Counted from the first letter of the stretch, positions 18,742 to 31,007 are shown. The stretch is DNA of 64,000 bases from Corallococcus exiguus (GCF_013155175.1 NZ_JABJTS010000010.1), one strand, 5' to 3'. Program-made: numbers and translations. The notes: a model not told the origin generated them from the sequence alone.

Positions 18742-19797
18742 ATGCCGATGAAGACCACCGGATACGCGGCGCATTCCGCGGATGCGCCTCTTTCTCCCTA
18801 TACCTTCGAACGCCGCGAGCTCCGGCACAACGACATCGCGATGGAGGTCCTCTATTGCGGCATCTGCCATACGGACCTGCATATGGCGCGCAACGACTGG
18901 GGCGCGACCCGGTACCCGTTCGTTCCCGGTCACGAGTTTGTTGGACGTGTCATCGCCGTTGGCTCGGACGTTTCACGCCACAAGATGGGCGACGCCGTGG
19001 CGGTGGGATGCATGCTCGACAGCTGCCAGCGCTGCGACCAGTGCCGCAAGGGCGAAGAGCAGCTCTGTCGCGAGGGCCATACCCACACGTACAACGGCAT
19101 GGACCGGGTGACCGGAGATCCAACCTACGGGGGCTACTCGAAGTTCATGGTGGTCCGGGAGGAGTTCGCGCTCCGCATGCCGGCCGCGCTCGCCCTTTCG
19201 AAGGCGGCGCCGCTGCTCTGTGCTGGCATCACGACGTACTCCCCGCTACGGACGTGGGGCGTCGGTCCGGGGAGCCGCGTGGGGGTCATTGGACTGGGGG
19301 GGCTTGGCCACATGGCGGTCAAGTTCGCCGTCGCAATGGGCGCCGAAGTCACCGTGCTGAGCCGCAGCGCCGCCAAGGAAGCGGACGCCCTCGCGCTCGG
19401 TGCGGATCGCCTGTTGGTGTCGACGGATGCCAAGGCGATGGCGAAAGCAGGCTCAAGCCTCGATCTCATCATCGACACGGTGCCGACGAAGCACGAGCTC
19501 CTCCCCTACCTGCCGCTCCTGGATATCGACGGAACGCTCGTCATCGTGGGTCAGGTCGGGCCACTGGCCGAGACGAGCTCGGTGCCACTTCTCTTCGGCC
19601 GTCGCCGCATCGCGGGCTCGCCCATCGGCGGTCTCGCCGAGACCCAGGAGATGCTCGATTTCTGCAGCCGGAAGCAGGTGCTTCCAGATTGCGAGCTGAT
19701 TCGCATCGATCAGGTGAACGAGGCCTACGAGCGGCTCGGGCAAGCAGACGTTCGGTACCGCTTCGTCATCGACATGGCCTCGTTGCCACAGCCGTGA
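18742..19797 (+). CDS. Zinc-dependent NADP alcohol dehydrogenase (cinnamyl-alcohol-dehydrogenase/YahK-like)
   Basis: 'GICHTDLH' catalytic Zn motif, 'GHEFVGRVIAVG', structural Zn Cys cluster (CxxCxxCxxxxxxxC), GxGxxG 'GLGGLGHMAV'. 351 aa. Confidence 0.9.
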   Translation: MPMKTTGYAAHSADAPLSPYTFERRELRHNDIAMEVLYCGICHTDLHMARNDWGATRYPFVPGHEFVGRVIAVGSDVSRHKMGDAVAVGCMLDSCQRCDQCRKGEEQLCREGHTHTYNGMDRVTGDPTYGGYSKFMVVREEFALRMPAALALSKAAPLLCAGITTYSPLRTWGVGPGSRVGVIGLGGLGHMAVKFAVAMGAEVTVLSRSAAKEADALALGADRLLVSTDAKAMAKAGSSLDLIIDTVPTKHELLPYLPLLDIDGTLVIVGQVGPLAETSSVPLLFGRRRIAGSPIGGLAETQEMLDFCSRKQVLPDCELIRIDQVNEAYERLGQADVRYRFVIDMASLPQP

Positions 19798-19820
19798 AGT
19801 CACCCAAGGAATCCAACATC

Positions 19821-22122
<2,302 letters not shown>

Positions 22123-22245
22123 AGTGTCCAAGAACTCCTCCAGCGAAGCGGTTCCGTCTTGGCTCGATCCCCGGCGTTTGTTCGAATGCCTTCCTGTCAG
22201 CGGGCCAGGATGCTCTGGCCCGGTGGCCCCCACCCCGGAGGAAGC

Positions 22246-22473
22246 ATGAAGGCATCGCGACTGAAGCAGACGATTCCTGGATTCGCGCTGATCATCGGCA
22301 TCATGGCGGGCACGGCCCTGGCCATGGTTCCCGGCTCGACGGCGGAGACGACTGATAGCCAGACGTCCGCGGTCCAGATGATCTGTTCGCGCACCTGCAA
22401 GCCGTGCTCGACCCAGATGGAGTGCGGCACGAGCGGCGGTTCCTGCGGGGTCTGGCGCTGCACCCAGCCGTAA
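22246..22473 (+). CDS. Small secreted Cys-rich peptide (75 aa)
   Basis: ATG at 22246 with GGAGGA RBS. Signal/TM segment 'FALIIGIMAGTALAMV' then 'CSRTCKPCSTQMECGTSGGSCGVWRC' (7 Cys in 27 aa). Followed by a strong terminator. Confidence 0.45.
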   Translation: MKASRLKQTIPGFALIIGIMAGTALAMVPGSTAETTDSQTSAVQMICSRTCKPCSTQMECGTSGGSCGVWRCTQP

Positions 22474-22479
22474 ACACAA

Positions 22480-22515
22480 GCGCCTCCGAGTCCCAGGACT
22501 CGGAGGCGCTCTTCT
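22480..22515. terminator. Rho-independent-type hairpin between convergent small-peptide gene and nadC
   Basis: GCGCCTCCGAGT-cccagg-ACTCGGAGGCGC perfect 12-bp stem followed by TCTTCT. Confidence 0.6.
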
Positions 22516-22542
22516 ACGGATTCGTGAAGACCGCTGACCGCT

Positions 22543-23421
22543 TCAGCCCTGCGCGGAGCGGGGCTTGCGCGTGGACTTCTTCGTCGTCGCGATCTCCAGC
22601 GACAGGTCCATGGCCCGCGCCGAGTGCGTCAGCGCGCCCATCGACACGAAGTCCACGCCCAGCTTCGCCAGCCGGGGCAGCCGGTCCAACGTGACGCCGC
22701 CCGACACTTCGATGGGCACGCGGCTCGCCGTCAGCTTCACCGCTTCGCGGATCTGCGCGTCGTCCATGTTGTCCAACATGATGACGTCCGCGCCCGCGGC
22801 GATGGCCTCCTCCAGCTGCTTGAAGTTGGTGACCTCCACTTCAATCTTCACCAGCCGGGGACCGTTCAGCTTCGCGCGGCGCACCGCTTCGGTGATGTCG
22901 CCACCTACCGCCGCGATGTGGTTGTCCTTGATGAGGATGCCGTCGAAGAGGCCGAAGCGGTGGTTGGACGCGCCTCCCATGCGCACCGCGTGCTTCGCGA
23001 GGCCTCGCATGCCCGGCGGAGTCTTGCGCGTGTCCAGCACCCGCAGCTTCGAGCCCCGCACGGAGGTCATCGCCTGCTGGGCCAGCGTCGCGATGCCGGC
23101 GGCGCGCTGCACCAGGTTGAGCGCCGTGCGCTCCGCGGCCAGCAGCGAACGCAGCTTGCCGTGGACGCGCGCGGCGACCACCTTCGGTTTGATCTCCTCG
23201 CCGTCGCGCTTGAGGACCTCCACCTCCACCTCCGCGTCCACCATGTGGAAGACGCGGACGAAGGCGTCCAGGCCGGCGACGATCATCTGCTCCTTCGCGA
23301 CCAGCTCACCGCTGCCCTCCGCTTCGGCGGGGACCACCGCCAGCGAGGTGACGTCCCCCGCAGCACCCAGGTCCTCGTCGAGGGACAGCGCGATGAGCCG
23401 ATCGAGATAATCCTGCTGCAC
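22543..23421 (-). CDS. nadC: Nicotinate-nucleotide pyrophosphorylase (quinolinate phosphoribosyltransferase)
   Basis: Full-length collinear NadC ([26 protein letters not shown]...). 292 aa. Confidence 0.9.
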   Translation of the reverse strand: MQQDYLDRLIALSLDEDLGAAGDVTSLAVVPAEAEGSGELVAKEQMIVAGLDAFVRVFHMVDAEVEVEVLKRDGEEIKPKVVAARVHGKLRSLLAAERTALNLVQRAAGIATLAQQAMTSVRGSKLRVLDTRKTPPGMRGLAKHAVRMGGASNHRFGLFDGILIKDNHIAAVGGDITEAVRRAKLNGPRLVKIEVEVTNFKQLEEAIAAGADVIMLDNMDDAQIREAVKLTASRVPIEVSGGVTLDRLPRLAKLGVDFVSMGALTHSARAMDLSLEIATTKKSTRKPRSAQG

Positions 23422-23430
23422 TTCCGCCTC

Positions 23431-26400
23431 CTACCGGCGCGCCTTGCGAGCCGGCTTGCCCCGAGTGGTCTTCTTCGCCGCGGCCTTCTTCGCGGCGGTC
23501 TTCTTCCCCGCCGCCTTCTTCGCCGAAGCCTTCTTCGCAGGAGCCTTCTTCACCGCCGCCTTCTTCGCGGCCGTCTTCTTGCCCGCTGCCTTCTTCGCGG
23601 AAGCCTTCTTCGCAGGGGCCTTCTTCGCGGCGGACTTCTTGCTCGCCGCCTTCTTCGCGGAGGCCTTCTTCACCGCCGCCTTCTTCGCGGAGGCCTTCTT
23701 CGCAGGGGCCTTCTTCACCGCCGCCTTCTTCGCGGAGGCCTTCTTCGTCGGAGCCTTCTTCACCGGCTTCGCCGAGCCCTCCGGCGCCTCGCGGGCGTCG
23801 CCGCCCTCCTTGGCCCGGTCGAACTCGCGCATCGCGTCGTCCACGAGGCCCATGCTCATGTACGCGACGCCCAGGTCGTGGTGGTCCGCCGGGGACAGCC
23901 CTTCCTTGGTGCCCTCGCGCAGCTTGTTGAGGGCCTCCTCCACCATCGGATCCGCGGCCTGGGGCGCCTGCGAAGCCTCTTCGGCTTCAATCTCGCCCTT
24001 CAGCTCCTGGCCCAGGTTCACCGCTTCGTCCTTCGGTGCCTGCGGCTCGGTGGCCACCTTCACCTGGGCGCTCTCAGGCGCGAGGGACTCGGACGCTTCA
24101 GGGGCTTCGGACTCGGTGCTGCCCGGCAACGGCGACGGCGTCTCGGACATGGGGGGCTCCGGGGCGATGCGCTGGAGGTGATCCTGCAGCTTGACCGTGC
24201 GCTCCTGGAGCTCCGCCACCCGGGCCTTGTCCTTCTCCACCACGTCCGGCGGAGCACGGGCCACGAAGTTCGGGTTGTCCAGCTTGCGCTGCAAACCGGC
24301 GAGTTCCTGCTCGGCGCGGACGATCTCCTTCTTCAGGCGGTCGCGCTCCGCGTCCAGGTCCACCAGGCCCGCCAGGGGCACGTAGATTTCCAGGTTGCCG
24401 CTCACGAACGCCGCCGCCTGCGGAGGCTTGGCGCCCGGGGGGCCCACCACCACCTCGGACAGGCCCGCGAGCGGCATCAGGTACGCGCGCCAACGCTCCA
24501 ACAGCTCGCGCGTCGTCGCGTCCGGGCTCTGCACCACCGCCTTCACCTTGGCGGACGGCGGCAGGTTGCTCTCGCCGCGCAGCGTGCGCAGGCCCTCGAT
24601 GGCCGCGATGACCGGCGCCATCTCGCCTTCCGAGGCCGCGTCCACCCACGCCGTCTCCGGCGCCGGGTAGGCCGCGATGCAGATGCTCTCCGTGGGCCGG
24701 GACATCGGCAGCTTCTGCCAGATCTCCTCGGTGATGAACGGCATGAACGGGTGCATCAGCCGCAGGATGCGGTCCAGGCACGTCACCAGCACCGCGCGCG
24801 TGGTGTCCTTGGCCTCCGCGTCGTCGCCGTACAACGAGCCCTTCGCCAGCTCGATGTACCAATCGCAGAACTCCGCCCACAGGAACTGGTACAGCGTGGA
24901 CGCGGCCTCCGCGAAGCCGAACGCCTCCAGCGACGCGCGCGTCTCCTCGGTGGCCTTCTGCAGGCGGGAGAGGATCCACCGGTCCGCCAGCGTCAGCTTG
25001 CGGCCCTCCAGCGGCGTCTTGTCCAGGCTGAAGTCGCCCATGTTCATCAGGGCGAAGCGGCTGGCGTTCCACAGCTTGTTGCAGAACGCCTTGTAGCCAC
25101 CCAGGCGGTCCATCGACAGCTTGATGTCACGGCCCTGCTGCGTGAGCGACGCCAACGTGAAGCGCAGCGCGTCCGCGCCGTGCGCGGGCATGCCCTGCGG
25201 GAAGCGGTTGCGCAAGGACGGCTGCAGCGACTCCGCCTTCGCGCCGAGGATGACGTCCAGGGGATCGATGACGTTCCCCTTCGTCTTGGACATCTTCTCG
25301 CCCTTCTCGTCGCGCACCATCGCGTGCAGGTACACGGTGCGGAAGGGCACGTCGTTCATGAAGTGCAGGCCCATCATCATCATCCGGGCGACCCAGAAGA
25401 AGATGATGTCGTGGCCCGTCTCCATCACGGACGTCGGGTAGAAGGTCTGGAGATCCGCCGTCTGCTTCGGCCAGCCCAGCGTGGAGAACGGCCACAGCGC
25501 GGACGAGAACCAGGTGTCCAGCACGTCCGGATCCTGCGTCAGCTCCTTGCCGCCGCACTTCGGGCAGGACTCCGGCGCCGTGCGCGACACGATGACGTCC
25601 GCCGTGTCCTTCGAGCGCTCTTCCGCCGGGGTGCACGCCGCGCAGTACCACGCCGGAATCTGGTGGCCCCACCACAGCTGGCGGCTCACGCACCAGTCGT
25701 GGATGTTGTTCATCCAGTGGAAGTACGTGTTCGTCCACGACTCGGGGACGAACTTGGTGCGGCCCTCCTCCACGGCCTGGATGGCCGGCTTCGCCAGGGG
25801 TTCGATCTTGATGAACCACTGCGGCGACAGGCGCGGCTCCACCACCGTGGTGCAGCGCTGGCAGGTGCCCACGTTCAGCTTGTGCGGCTCCTCCTTCTCC
25901 AGCAGGCCCAGCTCCGTCAGGTCCGCCAGCACCTGCGTGCGCGCCTCCCGGCTCTCCAGGCCCGCGTACTTGCCGGTGTCCTTCGTCATCCGCGCCGCTT
26001 CGTCCAGGATGGACAGCATCGGCAGCTTGTGGCGCAGGCCCGTCTGGTAGTCGTTGAAGTCGTGCGCGGGCGTGACCTTCACCACGCCGGTGCCGAACTC
26101 CATGTTCACCAGCTCGCCGTCCGCGATGACCGGAATCTCACGGTCGGTGAGCGGCAGCGCCACGCTCTTGCCGATGAGGTCCTGGTAGCGCGGATCCTCC
26201 GGGTGCACGGCGACGGCCGTGTCGCCCAGCAGCGTCTCCGGGCGCGTCGTCGCCACGGTGAGGAAGCGCTCCGTGCCCTTCACCGGGTAGCGGATGTGCC
26301 AGAGCGAGCCGTTCTTCTCCTCGTGCTCCACTTCCAGGTCGGAGAGGGCCGTGCGGCAGGACGGGCACCAGTTGATCAGCTTCTGGGCCCGGTACATCAG

Positions 26401-26910
26401 GCCCTCTTCGTACAGCCGGACGAACACCTCGCGCACCGCGGCCGAGGACTGCTCGTCCATGGTGAAGCGCTCGCGGCTCCAGTCCAGGGACGCGCCCAGG
26501 TAGCGGTGCTGCTCACCGATGCGCGCGCCGAACTTGCCCTTCCACGTCCAGACGCGCTCGAGGAACGCCTCGCGGCCCAGGTCGTGGCGGCTCTTGCCCT
26601 CCGTCTTCTTGAGCTCCTTCTCCACCACCATCTGCGTGGCGATGCCCGCGTGGTCCGTGCCCGGCAGCCAGAGCGCGTTGAAGCCGCTCATCCGCTTCCA
26701 GCGCGTGAGGATGTCCTGGATGGTCGCGGTGAGCGCGTGGCCGATGTGCAGGCTGCCCGTCACGTTGGGCGGCGGCAGCACGATGCTGAACGGCGGCTTG
26801 GAGGAAGGGGCTTCGGCGCGGAAGTAGTCGCGCTCCAGCCAGTGGTTGTACCACCGCGCCTCCACTTCGGAGGGCTCGTAGGCCTTGGACAGTTCAGTCG
26901 TGTCAGTCAT
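23431..26910 (-). CDS. valS: Valyl-tRNA synthetase with about 250-aa C-terminal extension (acidic linker, TPR-like helix pair, histone-H1-like AKKA/KKA repeat tail)
   Basis: Class I aaRS HIGH (SLHIGHALT) and KMSKS ([12 protein letters not shown]) motifs. Canonical C-terminal coiled coil (…[30 protein letters not shown]…). In-frame continuation into '[27 protein letters not shown]…' (about 25 repeats). Confidence 0.95.
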   Translation of the reverse strand: MTDTTELSKAYEPSEVEARWYNHWLERDYFRAEAPSSKPPFSIVLPPPNVTGSLHIGHALTATIQDILTRWKRMSGFNALWLPGTDHAGIATQMVVEKELKKTEGKSRHDLGREAFLERVWTWKGKFGARIGEQHRYLGASLDWSRERFTMDEQSSAAVREVFVRLYEEGLMYRAQKLINWCPSCRTALSDLEVEHEEKNGSLWHIRYPVKGTERFLTVATTRPETLLGDTAVAVHPEDPRYQDLIGKSVALPLTDREIPVIADGELVNMEFGTGVVKVTPAHDFNDYQTGLRHKLPMLSILDEAARMTKDTGKYAGLESREARTQVLADLTELGLLEKEEPHKLNVGTCQRCTTVVEPRLSPQWFIKIEPLAKPAIQAVEEGRTKFVPESWTNTYFHWMNNIHDWCVSRQLWWGHQIPAWYCAACTPAEERSKDTADVIVSRTAPESCPKCGGKELTQDPDVLDTWFSSALWPFSTLGWPKQTADLQTFYPTSVMETGHDIIFFWVARMMMMGLHFMNDVPFRTVYLHAMVRDEKGEKMSKTKGNVIDPLDVILGAKAESLQPSLRNRFPQGMPAHGADALRFTLASLTQQGRDIKLSMDRLGGYKAFCNKLWNASRFALMNMGDFSLDKTPLEGRKLTLADRWILSRLQKATEETRASLEAFGFAEAASTLYQFLWAEFCDWYIELAKGSLYGDDAEAKDTTRAVLVTCLDRILRLMHPFMPFITEEIWQKLPMSRPTESICIAAYPAPETAWVDAASEGEMAPVIAAIEGLRTLRGESNLPPSAKVKAVVQSPDATTRELLERWRAYLMPLAGLSEVVVGPPGAKPPQAAAFVSGNLEIYVPLAGLVDLDAERDRLKKEIVRAEQELAGLQRKLDNPNFVARAPPDVVEKDKARVAELQERTVKLQDHLQRIAPEPPMSETPSPLPGSTESEAPEASESLAPESAQVKVATEPQAPKDEAVNLGQELKGEIEAEEASQAPQAADPMVEEALNKLREGTKEGLSPADHHDLGVAYMSMGLVDDAMREFDRAKEGGDAREAPEGSAKPVKKAPTKKASAKKAAVKKAPAKKASAKKAAVKKASAKKAASKKSAAKKAPAKKASAKKAAGKKTAAKKAAVKKAPAKKASAKKAAGKKTAAKKAAAKKTTRGKPARKARR
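23450..23770. repeat. Coding tandem repeat (about 15/30-nt units) encoding the AKKA tail of ValS
   Basis: Reiterated 'gccttcttcgcggcggtcttcttc / gccgccttcttcgcggaggccttcttc' units visible on + strand. Confidence 0.8.
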
Positions 26911-26963
26911 TGCAAGCGGCCGGCCCCCGACGGGGCCGGCGGGGAATCAGAGGGGACTGCGAA

Positions 26964-28226
26964 TCAATGCTGGGTCTCGCGGTCCTTGATGAGCCGCTCC
27001 AGCTCTTCCCGGATGATGGTCTCCGCCAGCTGCGGAACGACCTCCCAGGCAATCTTCTCGATGACCTCGCGGGACGCCTTCGACAGCGCCTCGCGCAGCA
27101 GCGCCTCTCCGCCATCCGCGGCCGGACGGGCGCGCGAGGGAGGAGTCGCCGGCGAGGGGCCGCCGATGTCCAGGGAGATCTCCTCCGCGCCGCTGGGCTC
27201 GGGCAGCGAGTCCTCGATGCGGATGCTCTCCGTGCGGGCCTGCGCCGCGGGCGGGGCGGCCGGAGCGCCCAGCCCGAACGGATCCCGGGCACGGGCGGCC
27301 GGAGGCACCGCGGCGGGCGGGGGCGCGGACGGCAGCGGCGCGGCGCCCGGAGGACGCGGGAAGCCGCCCGGGATGTTCGGGGCGCCAGGGCCCGGAGGAC
27401 GCGCGGCCATGCCCGGAGGCGGCGCACCCGGAGGACGCGCGCCCGGAGGCACGGCACCCGGAGGAGGACGCGCACCCGGCGGCATGGCGCCCGGAGGCGG
27501 CGCACCCGGAGGACGCGCGCCCATGCCCGGAGGCGGCGCACCCGGCGGAGGACGTGCACCCGGCGGCATGGCGCCCGGAGGCGGCGCACCCGGAGGACGC
27601 GCGCCCGGAGGAACAGCGCCCGGCAGCGGACGCGCCGCACCCGGAGGAGGAGGCACACCAGCGCCCGGAGGACGCGCGCCCGGAGGCACGGCACCCGGAG
27701 GAGGACGCGCACCCGGCGGCATGGCGCCCGGAGGCGGCGCACCCGCGGGACGCGCACCCGGCGGCACGGCGGCGGCGGGCGGCGCGCTGACCGGAGCGCT
27801 CGGGGCGGAGGTCTGGGGCAGAATGCGCGTCGCGGCGGACGCGGGCATCGTGTTGGACTTCTGGCCCACCAGCGCCTTCACCTTGTCGAGGAGGATCTGG
27901 CTCTCGAAGGGCTTGGTGATGTGGTCATCCGCCCGGGCGGCCTTCGCGCGGTTCTCGTCGAACGCCTCGAAGGTGCCGGCGAGCAGCAGCACCGGGATGG
28001 CCTGCGTGGAGGGGTCGCCCTTGAGCGCCTCGCAGACCTCGTAGCCGCTCTTGCCCGGCATCATCACGTCGGCGAGCACCACGTCCGGACGCAGCTCGCG
28101 CGTGCGGGAGATGGCGTCCAGCCCGTTGTCCACCGCGGTCACCTGGAAGTCTTCCGTCGCGAAGATCATCCCGATCACCTTGCGGATGGTGAGCGAGTCG
28201 TCGGCGATCAGTAGATTCTTGGGCAT
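26964..28226 (-). CDS. romR: Response regulator with receiver domain, long Pro-rich (PPGARPPGA) repeat linker and Glu-rich C-terminal tail; RomR-like architecture
   Basis: CheY-like receiver (LLIADDSLTIRKVIGMIFA…VLADVMMPGKSGYEVCE…TKPF). About 220 aa of PGARPP repeats. Acidic C-terminal 60 aa. Identical domain order to Myxococcus RomR (from memory). ATG at 28226 (MPKNLL) preferred over the upstream starts at 28250 and 28310. Confidence 0.6.
   Translation of the reverse strand: MPKNLLIADDSLTIRKVIGMIFATEDFQVTAVDNGLDAISRTRELRPDVVLADVMMPGKSGYEVCEALKGDPSTQAIPVLLLAGTFEAFDENRAKAARADDHITKPFESQILLDKVKALVGQKSNTMPASAATRILPQTSAPSAPVSAPPAAAVPPGARPAGAPPPGAMPPGARPPPGAVPPGARPPGAGVPPPPGAARPLPGAVPPGARPPGAPPPGAMPPGARPPPGAPPPGMGARPPGAPPPGAMPPGARPPPGAVPPGARPPGAPPPGMAARPPGPGAPNIPGGFPRPPGAAPLPSAPPPAAVPPAARARDPFGLGAPAAPPAAQARTESIRIEDSLPEPSGAEEISLDIGGPSPATPPSRARPAADGGEALLREALSKASREVIEKIAWEVVPQLAETIIREELERLIKDRETQH
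27330..27780. repeat. Coding tandem repeat encoding PGARPP/APPPGAM units
   Basis: Reiterated 'gcacccggaggacgcgcgcccggaggcacg' units on + strand (antisense of the response-regulator gene). Confidence 0.8.
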
Positions 28227-28343
28227 CGGCTCCGGCCTCGGGGGGCGCATACCCCCCTGAATTCGTTTGAGATTTCGGGCGAGCAAGCCTGCCTGCACGC
28301 CCTGTGTCAATCGGAGAAGCTTAGGATTCGCGCGTTGGGCCGA

Positions 28344-29210
28344 TCAAGAAAACATGCGCTGCAGGTCCAGTAACATCACCGGATCCGGCAGCCCCGGCGC
28401 CCGGAACGTTCCGGGAAGCTCGGCCGGCTTGAACTTCTGCAGCACACCCAGCACCCGGTTGGCCGCCAGCCCCACGTTCCGCCCCGCCATTTCCGTGAGG
28501 ACGAACAACTCCTCCGCCTGGGCCGGCGCACCCAGCAGCGCTGGAATCGAACAGATGGGCCATAGCGCCTGCGCGTGGGGATAGACGCCCGCCACCGGCC
28601 CGCTCTGCACCGGGAGGACGCTGAACGCCTCGCCCCGGGGTACCACCTGGGAGACGCAACCCAGCGGGACGCCGAACAGCACCCCCTGGGACTCCAGCAC
28701 CAGCGCCCGCTCAGGGGGCTCGTCCGCATAGTGCACGGGCCGGGGCTCTGGCGGGGTCGCCCGGGGGCCCGCCCGGTGCGGCAGCGCCTCCACGATGAGC
28801 TCCAGGTACAGCCGGTCCTTGTGCAGCACCGCGCCCCGGCTCAGCGGCGCCAGCGAGTCCGCCAGTCCCGGAGGCAGCAGGAAGAACGGATCCCTCGCGA
28901 CGTCCGCGACCTCCACCACGGCGCGCACCCGCACCGCGAGCGTGGGGCTGACGTCCAGGACCACCACCATGCCCGGCACTTCCTCAGGCAGGCCGCCGAG
29001 CAACGCGGCGAGGTCCTTCACTTCCAGTACGCCGCGCAGACTCGCGCCGCGAGCGCCCGGCATCGCGACCTCGATGACGGAGGTGGCCTCCACCGCGTAG
29101 CGCGTCTCTCCGGCCTCCACCAGCAGGCAGAGCCGCCGTCCGCTTTCAAAGGGCACGGCCCGGGACCCTAGCAGCCTTCCAGCGTTGGGTGCTAAGCCCT
29201 GAACAGTCAT
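28344..29210 (-). CDS. CheW-like domain protein (two CheW-like halves)
   Basis: Two segments with CheW-like 'R(Y/F)A(V/L)…V…V' cores (ETRYAVEATSVIEV…; ERALVLESQGVLFGVPLGCVSQVV…). ATG at 29210 (MTVQGL). Divergent from the GGDEF gene with 2-nt start overlap. Confidence 0.55.
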   Translation of the reverse strand: MTVQGLAPNAGRLLGSRAVPFESGRRLCLLVEAGETRYAVEATSVIEVAMPGARGASLRGVLEVKDLAALLGGLPEEVPGMVVVLDVSPTLAVRVRAVVEVADVARDPFFLLPPGLADSLAPLSRGAVLHKDRLYLELIVEALPHRAGPRATPPEPRPVHYADEPPERALVLESQGVLFGVPLGCVSQVVPRGEAFSVLPVQSGPVAGVYPHAQALWPICSIPALLGAPAQAEELFVLTEMAGRNVGLAANRVLGVLQKFKPAELPGTFRAPGLPDPVMLLDLQRMFS

Positions 29211-30597
29211 GGCGCGACTGCTCCTCGTCGACGACGAAAAGATCGCCCGCAATCTCTACGGCGACTACCTCACGGCCGCGGGACACCTGGTCACGGCGGT
29301 GCCCACCGTGGCGGACGCGAAGGCCGCACTCTCCGCGGCGCGGTTCGACGCGGTGGTGACGGACCTCATCCTCCCCGGCGGCGACGGCATGGAGGTGCTT
29401 CGCCACGTGCGCGAGCGCTACCCCGGCGTGGAGGTGCTGGTCATCACCGGCCTGGACAAGGTGGCCCCCGCGGTGCGCGCCATCAAGAGCGGCGCGGCGG
29501 AGTACCTGGTCAAGCCCGTGGCGCCGGAGGCCCTGGAGCACGCGCTGCGCCGCGCGCTCACCACGCGCGACCTGATGCGTGAGAACGCGTCCCTGCGCCA
29601 GCACGTCGCGCTGCTGGAGGCGGGCCAGCGCATCGCCACCACGCTCGACCGCGAGCGGCTGTCCACGGCCGCGTCCGACGCGCTGGAGTCCATGGCCAAC
29701 GCCTCCGCGGTGATGCTCCTGGAGCGGGACCCTGGCGGCACGGGCTTCCGCTCGCACGGCATGCGCGGGCTGCCGGTGGACCTGCACGAGGCGCTCGTCC
29801 CGCTGCTCATCGAGCGGCTTTCGGGCACGCGCACGCAGGTGGAGCTCGACGGACTTCAAGTTCCCTGGCCGCGCACCCTCTCCTTCCCCGCCGTGGACGG
29901 CGAGCTGGTGCTGGGCCACGCGGTGCTCTTCCACGACAACGCGCCCGCGGAGCACCACGCGGAGACCGTGGGCTTCCTCGTGCGCAACTGGGCGCTGGCC
30001 CTGCGCAACCTGGGCCGCTTCGCCGCCGTGGAGGACCTGGCCTACGTCGATGATCTCACCCGCCTGTTCAACACGCGCTACCTGCACCTGGTGCTGGACC
30101 GCGAGGTGAACGAGGCCCTCCAGACGGAGCGCCCCTTCTCCCTGCTGTTCCTGGACCTGGACCGCTTCAAGGCCATCAACGACACGCACGGGCACCTGGT
30201 GGGCTCGCGGGTGCTGGTGGAGGCCGCGCGCGTGCTCAAGGGCTGCGTGCGCGACCCGGACGTGGTGGCGCGCTTCGGCGGCGACGAGTACGTGGTGCTC
30301 CTGCGCGGCACGGACTCCGGCGGGGCCCTCAAGGTCGCCGAGCGCATCCGCCGCACCATGGAGACCCATCAGTTCCTGGGCCGCGAGGGGCTGGCGCTCA
30401 AGCTCACCACCTGCATCGGCGTGGCCAGCTTCCCGGAGCATGCCCAGGACAAGGACCACCTGCTGGACCTGTCCGACCGGGCCATGTACCGGGGCAAGCG
30501 CGGCACCCGGAACGTCGTCTACATGGCGGCGCAGGACCTGGAAGCCACCCCGGCCGAGCGCCGTCAGAATCCCCCGCCCCCGCAGGGCCAGGGCTGA
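29209..30597 (+). CDS. Response regulator receiver + GAF-like + GGDEF diguanylate cyclase (PleD-like)
   Basis: Receiver (LLLVDDEKIARNLYGDYL…DLILPGGDGMEVLRHVR…KPV). C-terminal 'RFGGDEYVVLL' GGDEF active site and I-site-like RxxD upstream. Confidence 0.9.
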   Translation: MARLLLVDDEKIARNLYGDYLTAAGHLVTAVPTVADAKAALSAARFDAVVTDLILPGGDGMEVLRHVRERYPGVEVLVITGLDKVAPAVRAIKSGAAEYLVKPVAPEALEHALRRALTTRDLMRENASLRQHVALLEAGQRIATTLDRERLSTAASDALESMANASAVMLLERDPGGTGFRSHGMRGLPVDLHEALVPLLIERLSGTRTQVELDGLQVPWPRTLSFPAVDGELVLGHAVLFHDNAPAEHHAETVGFLVRNWALALRNLGRFAAVEDLAYVDDLTRLFNTRYLHLVLDREVNEALQTERPFSLLFLDLDRFKAINDTHGHLVGSRVLVEAARVLKGCVRDPDVVARFGGDEYVVLLRGTDSGGALKVAERIRRTMETHQFLGREGLALKLTTCIGVASFPEHAQDKDHLLDLSDRAMYRGKRGTRNVVYMAAQDLEATPAERRQNPPPPQGQG

Positions 30598-30611
30598 ACG
30601 CCGGACGCGCG

Positions 30612-31007
30612 CTACTTGCGCAGGCTGCCCACGGTGAGGTGCTTGGGCAGCTCCACTTCCGCGGGCACGCCGCCGCCGCCGCCGCCCTCGCCCACCGCCT
30701 CCACCTCTTCGTGAGACGCGCCGGTGGTGATGAGGCGGTACTTCTGCGACGCCTCGCGGTCGTGCTGGGCCTGCTCCGGATCCAACCGCGCGATGAGCTG
30801 CCAGAAGAGGGCCGCGTGCTCGCGCTCCTCGTCCATGACGTGCCGCAGGATGGCCTTCGCCTCCTCGTTGTCCGTCGCGTCCAGGTGCGCGGCGTAGAGG
30901 TTGATGGCGTCCAGCTCCGCCTCGATGTTGAGCCGGATGGAGCGGGCCAGTTCGGAGTCCGTCAGCTTCCGGGGCACCAGCGAGTGGAACGGGTTCGTCT
31001 GCGGCAT
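30612..31007 (-). CDS. encC: Ferritin-like (rubrerythrin-fold) encapsulin cargo protein with C-terminal targeting peptide; EncC-like
   Basis: 131 aa. Ferritin-like helices with E-x-x-H (MDEEREHAALFWQ). Gly-rich linker 'EGGGGGGVPAEVE' then 'LPKHLTVGSLRK', matching the family-1 encapsulin cargo-loading peptide consensus (LxxGSLxK). ATG at 31007 with a GAGGTCC Shine-Dalgarno-like sequence upstream. The tabulated 507-aa ORF is an upstream antisense extension. Confidence 0.7.
   Translation of the reverse strand: MPQTNPFHSLVPRKLTDSELARSIRLNIEAELDAINLYAAHLDATDNEEAKAILRHVMDEEREHAALFWQLIARLDPEQAQHDREASQKYRLITTGASHEEVEAVGEGGGGGGVPAEVELPKHLTVGSLRK

Noticed and set aside
23450-23770. Regular short repeats that could be mistaken for a CRISPR array
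   Set aside because: Units are 15-30 nt without spacers of unique sequence, are in-frame coding repeats (AKKA) of valS, and no cas genes are nearby.
22624-28044. 1806-aa plus-strand ORF
   Set aside because: Antisense to valS, the RomR-like gene and more. Translation is Arg/Ala/Gly-dominated low-complexity, typical of spurious open frames on the non-coding strand of GC-rich genes. It spans several independently well-supported minus-strand genes.
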